Source: an uncultured Gammaproteobacteria bacterium (GTDB taxonomy: Bacteria > Patescibacteriota > Microgenomatia > Daviesbacterales > UBA10151). From it: 57,328 bases of DNA. Position numbers and translations under genes: made by a program. Shown in pieces: positions 1 through 8,517 of this stretch. Position 1 is the first letter of the stretch; each line of letters begins with the position of its first letter. The DNA lies in NCBI GenBank assembly GCA_964637465.1, contig CAZWTE010000001.1:1-57328 (forward strand), in the 5' to 3' direction. The notes beneath the pieces are model-generated. The model was not told where the DNA came from, did no database searches, and was given only the letters and a program-made list of their open reading frames with translations.

Positions 1-1331
1 ATTTTCCCTTAATTGGTCCTCCGACTTCTGTTGGCAATATTTACCTTGGGCCGCTTTATTACTACATGATGGCTTTGCCGATGGCAATTTTTTATCTTAA
101 TCCGGTGGCGGCAGCTGGGATGAATGCATTTTTAGGTGTTGTAGCTGCGGCTTTTATTTATTATCTTGGTAAGATCTGGTTTAACAGACAGGCAGGTTTG
201 CTGGCAGCTTATTTATACGCCGTATCGCCCGTGACCATAATTTATTCCCGGTCTTCGTGGAATCCTAATCCTACCCCCCTTTTTGCCTTAGTTAGTATTT
301 TTAGTTTATATAAATTACATAAAACAGGTAATTTTTTGTGGCTTATTCTGACAGGTTTGTCGGTCGGAGCGGCATTACAAATGCATTACTTGGCTGCTAT
401 ATTGTTGCCGGTAACAGGAGCGATTTGGCTTTATGAGATTTTTTTAAAGGTGCGCAATAAACAAAAGATGCAGAATTTGTTAAGAGGTACTTTGTCTGGG
501 GTACTTGCTTTTATATTGATTATGTCACCGCTGATATTGTTTGATTTTAGGCATAACTTTTTAAACTACAGAGCATTAACAGAATTATTCAGCGGGGGAG
601 ATGCAGTTAGGGCGGATTTGATGGTAAATATTGCCCGGATGCCGGTTCTTTATTCTTACAATTTAATAGGGAGATATATCGCAGGAGAGAATCTCATTTT
701 AATCATCATTGTTTCTTTGGTAATTATCGCCACGATGATCTGGAAATTCTCATATTGGCCAAAATTAGTCCTGACTATCTGGCTAGTAGCAGGATTATTT
801 GGACTGACTTTTTATCAACAAGCGGTTTATGATCATTATTTGGGGTTTGTCAATCCTGTTCCGTTTCTGCTTTTAGGATCAGTCATGCTTTATATATCTG
901 GTTTGTCAAAGAGCAAAAGATGGTTGATGACTGGTATGATAATAATCTTGCTGATGTTTTTAACAGTGGTAAATTTACAAAAGAATCCTCTCAGGATACC
1001 ACCAAATAATCAACTTACAAGGACGCAAAAAGTGGCCAAATTTGTAATTGATCAGGCGGGTAATAAGGATTTTAATTTCGCCCTTATTGCCAAAAGTAAT
1101 TATGATTCGGCGTATCAGTTTTATTTGGATTTATATGGGCATAAACCAAAGCAAGCGCCTTTTAATATAACTGAACAATTATTTGTGGTATGCGAAGATA
1201 AAGTTTGTGATCCAACCCATAATGCGAAATATGAAGTGGCTGCTTTTGGTTGGTCAAAGATTGACTGGATGGAAGAAGGTTATGGAGTTAAAATATATAA
1301 ACTAATTCACAATCCATCAGGTAAACCATGA
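1..1331 (+). CDS. GT-C-fold membrane glycosyltransferase, ArnT/PMT_2 (GT39/GT83-like); 5' end cut by the window edge
   Basis: The frame of the 66..1331 ORF stays open back to nt 3 (FPLIGPPTSVGNIYLGPLYYYMMALP...), so the ATG at 66 is internal. The protein is strongly hydrophobic and multi-TM, with a soluble C-terminal tail. Its stop overlaps the next start (ATGA at 1328-1331). Confidence 0.75.
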   Translation, partial: FPLIGPPTSVGNIYLGPLYYYMMALPMAIFYLNPVAAAGMNAFLGVVAAAFIYYLGKIWFNRQAGLLAAYLYAVSPVTIIYSRSSWNPNPTPLFALVSIFSLYKLHKTGNFLWLILTGLSVGAALQMHYLAAILLPVTGAIWLYEIFLKVRNKQKMQNLLRGTLSGVLAFILIMSPLILFDFRHNFLNYRALTELFSGGDAVRADLMVNIARMPVLYSYNLIGRYIAGENLILIIIVSLVIIATMIWKFSYWPKLVLTIWLVAGLFGLTFYQQAVYDHYLGFVNPVPFLLLGSVMLYISGLSKSKRWLMTGMIIILLMFLTVVNLQKNPLRIPPNNQLTRTQKVAKFVIDQAGNKDFNFALIAKSNYDSAYQFYLDLYGHKPKQAPFNITEQLFVVCEDKVCDPTHNAKYEVAAFGWSKIDWMEEGYGVKIYKLIHNPSGKP

Positions 1332-2068
1332 AACTTTCAATTATTATACCGGCTTATAACGAAGAAAAAAACCTTAGAAAAGGCGTGTTGGATGAAGTAA
1401 AAGAATTTTTTACAGATGAAAACAAAGCTTTTGATTACGAGATTATTGTGGTAGATGATGGTTCAGCTGATAAAACAAAAGAAATTATTCAAAAAGAGTA
1501 TTTACATTTCCCGGAAATTAAGCTGATTGAAAATTTGCATGGGGGTAAAGCAAATACCGTTATGACAGGAATGCTCCGGGCTTCAGGGGATATTATTCTT
1601 TTTACTGATATGGATCAGGCAACGCCAATCAATCAGTTGGAAAAGTTTCTGCCAAAATTTGCCGGTGGTTATGATATTGTGATTGGGTCAAGAAAAGGCC
1701 GGAAAGGGGCGCCGCTAATTAGAAAATTATCGGCCTGGGGGTTTGCTGTTCTCCGTGGTGTTATCTTGGGTTTGCCCTTTAAAGATACTCAATGCGGTTT
1801 TAAGGCGTTTAGCAAAGAGTCTGTGGATAAAATCATACCTAAAATTAAAAATGAATGGGGAGTGGTGCATTTTAAAGGCGGGGCAGTTAATGCCGGATTT
1901 GATGTGGAGCTTCTATATTTGGCCAAAAAGTATGGTTTTAATATAGCTGAAGTTGGGGTGGAATGGAACTATGTGGATACGGAAAGGGTACAAGTGGTTA
2001 AAGATGCCATGGCTGCAATTTACGATATGTTCAGGATCAGGTGGAATGATTTAATGGGAAAGTATTAA
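1328..2068 (+). CDS. GT2 polyprenyl-phosphate hexose synthase (DPM1/Alg5/GtrB/ArnC type)
   Basis: 246 aa. Carries SIIIPAYNEE, VVDDGSADKT, a DMD (DxD) motif and DTQCGFK, which are typical of lipid-phosphate sugar synthase GT2s. It sits between two ArnT-like GT-C genes and shares an ATGA overlap with the upstream gene. Confidence 0.8.
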   Translation: MKLSIIIPAYNEEKNLRKGVLDEVKEFFTDENKAFDYEIIVVDDGSADKTKEIIQKEYLHFPEIKLIENLHGGKANTVMTGMLRASGDIILFTDMDQATPINQLEKFLPKFAGGYDIVIGSRKGRKGAPLIRKLSAWGFAVLRGVILGLPFKDTQCGFKAFSKESVDKIIPKIKNEWGVVHFKGGAVNAGFDVELLYLAKKYGFNIAEVGVEWNYVDTERVQVVKDAMAAIYDMFRIRWNDLMGKY

Positions 2069-2133
2069 TTGCCTTTTTGATTACCGGTAAGGAGCAAGAC
2101 CCCTAAGTAATTACTGATTAGTTACAAAATTGG

Positions 2134-2139
2134 TATAAT
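2134..2139 (+). promoter_or_regulatory. Candidate extended -10 element (TGGTATAAT, 2131-2139) placed for a leaderless transcript
   Basis: TATAAT is preceded by TGG. The GTG start at 2146 follows after 6 nt with no Shine-Dalgarno motif in between. It lies in the only 77-nt gap of this operon. Confidence 0.35.
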
Positions 2140-2145
2140 GTTAAA

Positions 2146-3666
2146 GTGAATTTTATTGTCAGACACCGCCTGGAAATTGTAATTCTTATATTTTTGGCTT
2201 TTTTTTATTTTGCCCTCCGGCTGCCTAACTTAACTTTGCAGCCTATTTTTGCCGATGAAGCAATTTATATCAGATGGGCCCAGGTAATTAAGGCTGAACC
2301 GACCTTGCGTTTTCTGCCTTTATCAGATGGCAAGACGCCGCTTTTTATGTGGGCAATGGTGCCGCTTTTTAAGTTTATTCACGACCCGCTGCTGGCGGGC
2401 CGGTTCTTATCAGTCACTTCAGGCTTTTTCACTTTAATGGGAGTATTTTTCTTATCATACAGAGTTTTTAATAAACGGACGGCTTTTTGGGCAGGCTTAC
2501 TTTATGTAATTACCCCTTACACGCTTTTTTTTGACCGGATGGCTTTGGTTGACCCTTTGCTTGCTGCTTTTACAATTTGGGTAGTTTATTTTGCATTATG
2601 GCTGGTGAGCAGTTTAAGGCTGGATATTGCTATGGTTGTGGGCTATTTGTTGGGAGGAGCGGTTTTGACAAAGACCCCCGGCATGTTAAATTTTTTCCTT
2701 CTCCCGCTGACTTTATTAGGTTTTAAGAATAAAGGAGGTAGCCATACCTTGGTAAAGCTGATAATGGTTTGGGGAGTGGCTATTGTGATTGGCTTTGTGA
2801 TGTACAATTTTTTAAGGCTGGGACCGAATTTCCAGATGCTATCTTCGCGTAATGCTGATTATGTTTTTTCGCCCCTGGAGCTGGCGGGGAGACCATTAGA
2901 TCCGTTTATTCCCCATTTTAATGATATTGCCGACTGGTTTCCCAAGCTCTTAACGTGGCCGATCTTATTAAGCGTAGTAATGGGGGCAGTCTATATTTTT
3001 TATGGATTGTGGCAGCAATCATTTAAAGGGACATCCCTGCCGGGCGCGATAGTTTTGCTTTGGGCATTGATACCGCTGCTGATTAATATGGCATTTTTAC
3101 GGACATTTACGGCCCGTTACCTTTTATCCTCAATACCGCTTCTTTTAATTGTGGCCGGATTTGGGGTAACTAAATTATTGCCGCCGCTTGCCTATATAAA
3201 AAGGTGGCCACTAGCCTTGATGCTAATTGTGCTCTTGCCATTGCCGCTTATGTTTGATTACCTGTTGTTAACTTCGCCGGGGAAGGCTCAATTACCAAAA
3301 GAAGAAAGAAAAGGTTATTTTGAAGATTGGACGGCAGGCTATGGATTCTCTGAAATTGCCAATTTTCTTTTGGAAAAGAACAAGGAACAAAAGGTTGTTT
3401 TAGGAACAGCAGGATTTTTCGGGACGCTACCTGATGGGATTCAAATTTATCTTGATAAATCAAACATACAAATAGTGGGTAGCAGCGCGACAATCTCAGC
3501 GCAAATTAGAAATGCCGCTAAAGACAATTTAACATACTTCCTTGGCAATAAAAAAGATTTGTCGGATAAAATCCGGGATATTGTTTTAATAAAAGAGTAT
3601 CCAAAACTTAAACCCTTAGATAATTCCTTACAGGACGCTACAGTTTTATATCAGGTATTGCCGTAA
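2146..3666 (+). CDS. GT-C-fold membrane glycosyltransferase, ArnT/PMT_2-like
   Basis: 506 aa with a GTG start and many TM helices. The first-loop acidic motif IFADEAIYIRWAQ is followed by GRFLSV...ITPYTLFFDRMALVDP, the pattern of ArnT/PMT_2 proteins. A soluble C-terminal region of about 120 aa follows. Confidence 0.8.
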   Translation: MNFIVRHRLEIVILIFLAFFYFALRLPNLTLQPIFADEAIYIRWAQVIKAEPTLRFLPLSDGKTPLFMWAMVPLFKFIHDPLLAGRFLSVTSGFFTLMGVFFLSYRVFNKRTAFWAGLLYVITPYTLFFDRMALVDPLLAAFTIWVVYFALWLVSSLRLDIAMVVGYLLGGAVLTKTPGMLNFFLLPLTLLGFKNKGGSHTLVKLIMVWGVAIVIGFVMYNFLRLGPNFQMLSSRNADYVFSPLELAGRPLDPFIPHFNDIADWFPKLLTWPILLSVVMGAVYIFYGLWQQSFKGTSLPGAIVLLWALIPLLINMAFLRTFTARYLLSSIPLLLIVAGFGVTKLLPPLAYIKRWPLALMLIVLLPLPLMFDYLLLTSPGKAQLPKEERKGYFEDWTAGYGFSEIANFLLEKNKEQKVVLGTAGFFGTLPDGIQIYLDKSNIQIVGSSATISAQIRNAAKDNLTYFLGNKKDLSDKIRDIVLIKEYPKLKPLDNSLQDATVLYQVLP

Positions 3667-3675
3667 ATAAATTCT

Positions 3676-5328
3676 ATGAAACGATCCTTTTTGATCCCGC
3701 TAATTTTAGTTCTGATAACCTTACCGACAATCTTACCTTTTTTTAATAACAAATTTTTTTATACCCAGGATTATATTTTTATAGCCAGGTTACAACAGAT
3801 GAGCGCCGCCCTTTTTGATGGGCAATTCCCGGTCAGGTGGGCGCCGGATTTACGGTATGGTGAACCGATTTTTAACTTTTATGCCCCGCTGCCTTATTAT
3901 ATAGGTGCAATAATTCATACTTTAGGTTTTAATATTATCTGGTCTGCTAAGATACTTTTTATTCTCTCCGCTATATTATCCGCAGCCGCCATGTATATTT
4001 TAGCAAACCGGTTATTTGGTAGAACTGCCGGTATTTTGGCAGCGGTTTTATATACTTATGCTCCATACCGGGCAGTCGATATGTATGTCAGGGGGTCTTT
4101 ATCAGAAACCTGGGCTTTTATCTTTTTCCCTTTAATTTTTTACAGTTCTGTTATATTAGCTGAAAAAGTAAATCTTAAGCGCTTAAGTCTGCTGGCACTT
4201 TCTTTGGCAGGATTATTTCTAACTCACAATGTCACTACTTTAATGTTTTTGCCGTTCTTATTTTTGTGGTGGGCCTATCTGGTAATCCGGGGAAAGAAAT
4301 GGCAGAGCATGTTACATCTGTTTTTAGCATCGCTTTTAGGGTTTAGTCTGGCTGCTTTCTTTTTATTGCCGGCTGTATTTGAAAGAGACTTAATTCAAAC
4401 TAAATATTTAATAGTCGGTTATTTTAATTTTCGGGCCCACTTTGTGGCTTTCAAACAGTTTTTTTCTTCATTTTGGGGTTATGGCTCATCGCTTTGGGGA
4501 CCTGATGACGGATTGTCTTTTCAGGTAGGCTTAGTAAATTTTGCCGTTTTGTTTATAGCGATTGTTTTAGGAATTTTCTACAGAAAAAACAGCAGATTTT
4601 TAGGACTACTTTTAATATTAGGAGTAAGTTTTCTGTTATCCTTATTTTTACAGCATAATAAATCAGCATTTATCTGGGAAGCTATTCCCTTAATGGCTTT
4701 TATCCAATTCCCCTGGCGTTTTTTGGGCATATCGGTTTTTATTGTTGCCTTGGCAGGCAGCGCTGTTGCTCCTTATTTAAAAAATAAATTACGACCTGTT
4801 TATTTCATTCTAATAATAGCCGCTGTTTTATCAACTTTAATTTACTTTAGACCGAAAGATTATGTTGACGACTCATTTTTTAATAAATTCTTAAATACTG
4901 AAGCTATGCATAAGGGTGTGGATTTAACTAAAGATTATCTGCCAATCTGGGTTGAAACAGTTGACGGCGGGAGGTTTGATATTCCCAGGGCAGAACAGGG
5001 TGAGATTGATGTATCAAATCTGCAGGTAAATTCCATTTCCCAATATTTTTCTGTCAAAGTAAACAAAAACAGCTTGATTGAAATGCCAATTACTTATTTC
5101 CCGGACTGGGAAGTAAAGGCAAATAATGAGATAATCCTACAAAGCTCCCCTTCAAAAACGGGGCTTATCAGGTTTGAACTGCCAAAAGGCGATTATAATG
5201 TGGCAGTTCGGTTTAAGGATACATTTATCAGAACTTTAGGCAATATAATATCCCTGGGTTCAATATTTTTAGTAGTAGTTATTTTAGTGCATGAACGGTC
5301 CAAATGGGGGAACCCTAAAAGAGAATAA
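3676..5328 (+). CDS. Polytopic membrane protein, PTPS_related/COG5617-like (predicted GT-C-type glycosyltransferase)
   Basis: 550 aa. The N-terminal signature is YTQDYIFIARLQQM...GQFPVRWAPDLRYGEPIFNFYAPLPYY. The C-terminus has a beta-rich module (ITYFPDWEVKANNE...YNVAVRF) followed by a terminal TM helix, as in YfhO-type proteins. Confidence 0.7.
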   Translation: MKRSFLIPLILVLITLPTILPFFNNKFFYTQDYIFIARLQQMSAALFDGQFPVRWAPDLRYGEPIFNFYAPLPYYIGAIIHTLGFNIIWSAKILFILSAILSAAAMYILANRLFGRTAGILAAVLYTYAPYRAVDMYVRGSLSETWAFIFFPLIFYSSVILAEKVNLKRLSLLALSLAGLFLTHNVTTLMFLPFLFLWWAYLVIRGKKWQSMLHLFLASLLGFSLAAFFLLPAVFERDLIQTKYLIVGYFNFRAHFVAFKQFFSSFWGYGSSLWGPDDGLSFQVGLVNFAVLFIAIVLGIFYRKNSRFLGLLLILGVSFLLSLFLQHNKSAFIWEAIPLMAFIQFPWRFLGISVFIVALAGSAVAPYLKNKLRPVYFILIIAAVLSTLIYFRPKDYVDDSFFNKFLNTEAMHKGVDLTKDYLPIWVETVDGGRFDIPRAEQGEIDVSNLQVNSISQYFSVKVNKNSLIEMPITYFPDWEVKANNEIILQSSPSKTGLIRFELPKGDYNVAVRFKDTFIRTLGNIISLGSIFLVVVILVHERSKWGNPKRE

Positions 5329-6146
5329 TGAAACGGCTTGTAACATCGAATATATATTTTTTAATTGGTTTGATACTAACCTTAATCTTGCTGTGGCCGC
5401 TTTTTACCGCTCCTTATTTTACCCATCATGATGATGTGCAGGTTATCAGGGTTTATGAGATGGATAAATGTTTTAAAGACGGCCAAATCCCCTGCCGTTG
5501 GGTGCCGGACTTAGGCGGGTTATACGGATATCCAATTTTTAATTATTATGCTCCGCTGCCTTATTATTTTGGAGAATTAATCTATTTGTTAACCGGCAGC
5601 CTGTTAATATCTGCAAAAGTGATGTTTGCCTTCAGTTTTTTAGCAGCGTATGTCTTTATGTATCTTTTAGCCGCAAAACTTTGGGGTAAAATGGGTGGTG
5701 CCCTTTCCGCGATTTTTTACAGCTTCGCACCATATCATGCACTTGATTTTTATATCAGGGGAGCGATGGGAGAAATGTGGGCTTTAATGTTTTTCCCGTT
5801 AAGCTTATGGGCCGCAACTAGACTAGAAGAAAAATCCGGCATTTTAAACCTACTATTGTTTGGAGCTGCATTAGCTGCGCTTATGACATCTCATAATTTA
5901 TCTGCCGTAATCTTTCTGCCGGTTGTTTTAGTTTGGATAGTAATAATATTTTTGAAAAGAAGAAACAAACGTTTTTTGTGGTTAGGTTTAGGTTCGGCAA
6001 TAATTGGGATCATGCTGTCGGCGTTTTATGTACTGCCTGCCATGCTTGAAAAAAACTTAGTGCATCTGGAAACTATGGTAGGAGGGTATTTTTCTTACAC
6101 AGAACACTTTAAAGGGGTGAAAAAATTATTTTTGGAGAGGTCTTAG
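5328..6146 (+). CDS. N-terminal fragment (272 aa) of a PTPS_related paralogue interrupted by an in-frame TAG; probable pseudogene
   Basis: Tandem paralogue of 3676..5328 (THHDDVQVIRVYEM...GQIPCRWVPDLGGLYGYPIFNYYAPLPYY). It ends at TAG 6144-6146, where the paralogue has Trp. It shares a TAATG junction with the upstream gene. Confidence 0.75.
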   Translation: MKRLVTSNIYFLIGLILTLILLWPLFTAPYFTHHDDVQVIRVYEMDKCFKDGQIPCRWVPDLGGLYGYPIFNYYAPLPYYFGELIYLLTGSLLISAKVMFAFSFLAAYVFMYLLAAKLWGKMGGALSAIFYSFAPYHALDFYIRGAMGEMWALMFFPLSLWAATRLEEKSGILNLLLFGAALAALMTSHNLSAVIFLPVVLVWIVIIFLKRRNKRFLWLGLGSAIIGIMLSAFYVLPAMLEKNLVHLETMVGGYFSYTEHFKGVKKLFLERS

Positions 6147-6308
6147 GAATATGGTTCATCAGTCAGGGAAGTCCCGGGCGGAGAAAAGGACGGTCTTTCT
6201 TACCAAATCGGTTGGGTACACCTGCTGGGCTGGTTTCTGGCACTGGTCACTATTAAAGCTTCATGGAAGAAGAACAAACAAACTTCTTTTATTATCATAC
6301 TTCTTTCT

Positions 6309-7037
6309 ATGGCAACTATCTTTGCGGCTTTCCTGATTCACCCAAGATCGGAATTTGTTTGGAAGATAATTGATCCGTTGAAGTATTTGCAGTTTCCGTG
6401 GCGGTTTTTGCTGTTAATTATTTTTTTCGTGTCACTTTCCTCAGGCAGTCTCTTTTTATCAGACGTTAAAAAAAGACGATTAATTTGGACTGCCTTGGTA
6501 TTGCTGGTAGTTGTTTTAAACTTTTCTTATTTCAAGCCGGAGAAATTTATTCAGACAAATGATCAGAAACTTTTAAGTGGGTTAGACTGGGATAAGCAAA
6601 TCAAGCGGTCAATCTTTGATTACTTGCCTATATATGCAAAAGAGCCGCCGGCGGAGCTTGCTAAAGAGAGATACCAAATTTTAACCGGGGACAGCAGGAT
6701 TTTTGATTTTAAAGAAGGAACAAACTGGTTAACTTTTAAAACAGAAACTCGGGAACATACCATTATCCGCCTGTCGCAATACTATTTCCCTGATTGGAAA
6801 ATATTTGTAGACGGGGAAGAGGTTAAGGTGGAGTACAAAAATAACAGTTTAGGCCTGATGACTTTTATTTTAGGCAAGGGTAACCACATAATCCAGGCCA
6901 GGCTTTATGATACACCTGTCAGGACTATTGCCAATTTAATTACTCTGGCGGGCATTGCAATAGTAGCAGTTTTATTTTTGATTTCTTCAGGCAGGATTAG
7001 GAAGTGGATAACATACTACAGGGAGAGAATGAATTAA
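6309..7037 (+). CDS. C-terminal fragment of the same interrupted PTPS_related paralogue; homology actually resumes at nt 6147
   Basis: Same reading frame as 5328..6146 with no further stop between 6147 and 7037. EYGSSV..DGLSYQIGWV aligns to GYGSSL..DGLSFQVGLV of the paralogue. FPWRFL and YYFPDWKIFVDGEEV plus a terminal TM helix are also conserved. ATG 6309 is merely the first Met. Confidence 0.75.
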   Translation: MATIFAAFLIHPRSEFVWKIIDPLKYLQFPWRFLLLIIFFVSLSSGSLFLSDVKKRRLIWTALVLLVVVLNFSYFKPEKFIQTNDQKLLSGLDWDKQIKRSIFDYLPIYAKEPPAELAKERYQILTGDSRIFDFKEGTNWLTFKTETREHTIIRLSQYYFPDWKIFVDGEEVKVEYKNNSLGLMTFILGKGNHIIQARLYDTPVRTIANLITLAGIAIVAVLFLISSGRIRKWITYYRERMN

Positions 7038-7041
7038 AATT

Positions 7042-8517
7042 ATGGATGAAAGTGTTGAGCAAATTGATCCAACTGAGGAGTTAACAACAGAAGCCATTAA
7101 GAAAAAAGCGGTTAAGGGTGCGGCGGTGCTGACAGGGAGGATGATCCTAATGCAGCCTATAAATTTTTTTTCAATGGCGCTGCTGACTGCTTTTCTGGCT
7201 CCTTCAGAGTTCGGTATCTACTTTATCGTATCAGCCGTTAAGAATTTCTTGGCTTATTTTAGCGATATTGGTTTTGCTCCGGCTTTAATCCAAAAAAAAG
7301 AGCAACTGACTGATATAGAACTGAAAACCATTTTCACGGCGCAACAAATGTTGATTTTAATAATAGTAACGATTGGTTTTATATTCTCCCCCTTTATACA
7401 AAGTATTTATCATTTAAACCAGCAGGGAATTTTTCTATTTTGGGCGCTTTTATTTTCTTTATTCTTTTCTTCGCTTAAGACCATTCCGTCAGTTTTGTTG
7501 GAAAGGAAATTGGAATTTAATAGGTGGGTAATTCCCCAGATTACTGAAACTATTATTTTTAACTCATTGGCAGTATTTTTAGCCTGGAAAGGTTTTGGGG
7601 TAACAAGTTATACGGTAGCTGTGCTTGTAGCGGGTTTTATCGGACTTATTATTATGTATTCTGTTCAACCTTGGTTGCCGGGAATTGCTTTTTCCCTCGC
7701 CGCTTTTAAATCAGTATTGAAGTTTGGTATTCCTTATCAGGCAAATACACTTCTTGCCATGGTTAAAGATGACGGGATGATCCTATTTTTGGGCAGTACT
7801 ATTGGCACTTCGGGTATTGGGTTTTTAGGATGGGCGCAAAAGTGGGCTTATGCGCCGTTACGTTTTTTTATGGATCAGGTTATAAAAGTAACGTTTCCCG
7901 CCTTCTCGAGATTACAGGATAACAGGAAAGAACTATCAGATTTAGTTTCAAAGTCAATCTTTTTTATTTGCCTTTTAGTTTTCCCTGCTTTGGTGATGTT
8001 AGTGCTGTTGTCGCCTGTTTTGGTGCAGATTATTCCTAAATATATTAAGTGGAGTCCTGCTTTATTCGCTTTATCAATTCTGGCCGTTACCTCGGCTCTG
8101 GCAGCAATTACTACCCCTTTAACTAATACTCTAAATGCGATTGGTAAAATATCCCTGACTTTTAAGTTAATGATTATGTGGACAGTTCTGACTTGGGTTT
8201 TTGTGCCGGCACTCTCTTTTTTATACGGGGTAAACGGAGCTGCCATAGGGTTTACTTTAGTCGGGTTGAGTTCGGTTGTAGCTTTATATTTAGTATCAAA
8301 GCATGTTGATATAGACTACTTACGAAGCGTAGGTAAACCACTGTTTGCCTCAGTTTTGATGGGAGTTTTGGTATTTATGACCAGAAATCTTTTTTCTGTT
8401 TCGATATTTCAAGTAATCGGTATGGTGGCGGCAGGTTTAATTTCTTATGCAGTGGTAGTTTGTATTCTTGAACCAAAATTGCCGGTTTTGATTAAAAATC
8501 AGTTTAGGAAAAGATAA
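7042..8517 (+). CDS. Wzx-type oligosaccharide/polysaccharide flippase (MOP superfamily)
   Basis: 491 aa with about 12-14 TM helices. The N-terminal pattern KGAAVLTGRMI...LLTAFLAPSEFGIYFIV...DIGFAPALIQKKE is typical of Polysacc_synt family flippases. Confidence 0.75.
   Translation: MDESVEQIDPTEELTTEAIKKKAVKGAAVLTGRMILMQPINFFSMALLTAFLAPSEFGIYFIVSAVKNFLAYFSDIGFAPALIQKKEQLTDIELKTIFTAQQMLILIIVTIGFIFSPFIQSIYHLNQQGIFLFWALLFSLFFSSLKTIPSVLLERKLEFNRWVIPQITETIIFNSLAVFLAWKGFGVTSYTVAVLVAGFIGLIIMYSVQPWLPGIAFSLAAFKSVLKFGIPYQANTLLAMVKDDGMILFLGSTIGTSGIGFLGWAQKWAYAPLRFFMDQVIKVTFPAFSRLQDNRKELSDLVSKSIFFICLLVFPALVMLVLLSPVLVQIIPKYIKWSPALFALSILAVTSALAAITTPLTNTLNAIGKISLTFKLMIMWTVLTWVFVPALSFLYGVNGAAIGFTLVGLSSVVALYLVSKHVDIDYLRSVGKPLFASVLMGVLVFMTRNLFSVSIFQVIGMVAAGLISYAVVVCILEPKLPVLIKNQFRKR

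Noticed and set aside
6144-6146. Stop-codon reassignment or pyrrolysine/selenocysteine recoding as an explanation for the in-frame TAG, TAA and TGA
   Set aside because: TGA, TAA and TAG each terminate many genes precisely at ATGA/TAATG junctions with the next gene in this window. The TAG aligns with Trp rather than a Pyl-type position. No pyl or sel genes and no obvious SECIS-like hairpin were seen, and three different stop codons would need three separate mechanisms. I cannot formally exclude low-level read-through.
6151-6336. 61-aa ORF from the track, lying between the two fragments of the interrupted PTPS_related gene
   Set aside because: It is in a different frame from the flanking fragments. 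The frame shared by 5328..6146 and 6309..7037 reads clear paralogue-like sequence across this interval, so this ORF is an out-of-frame artefact.
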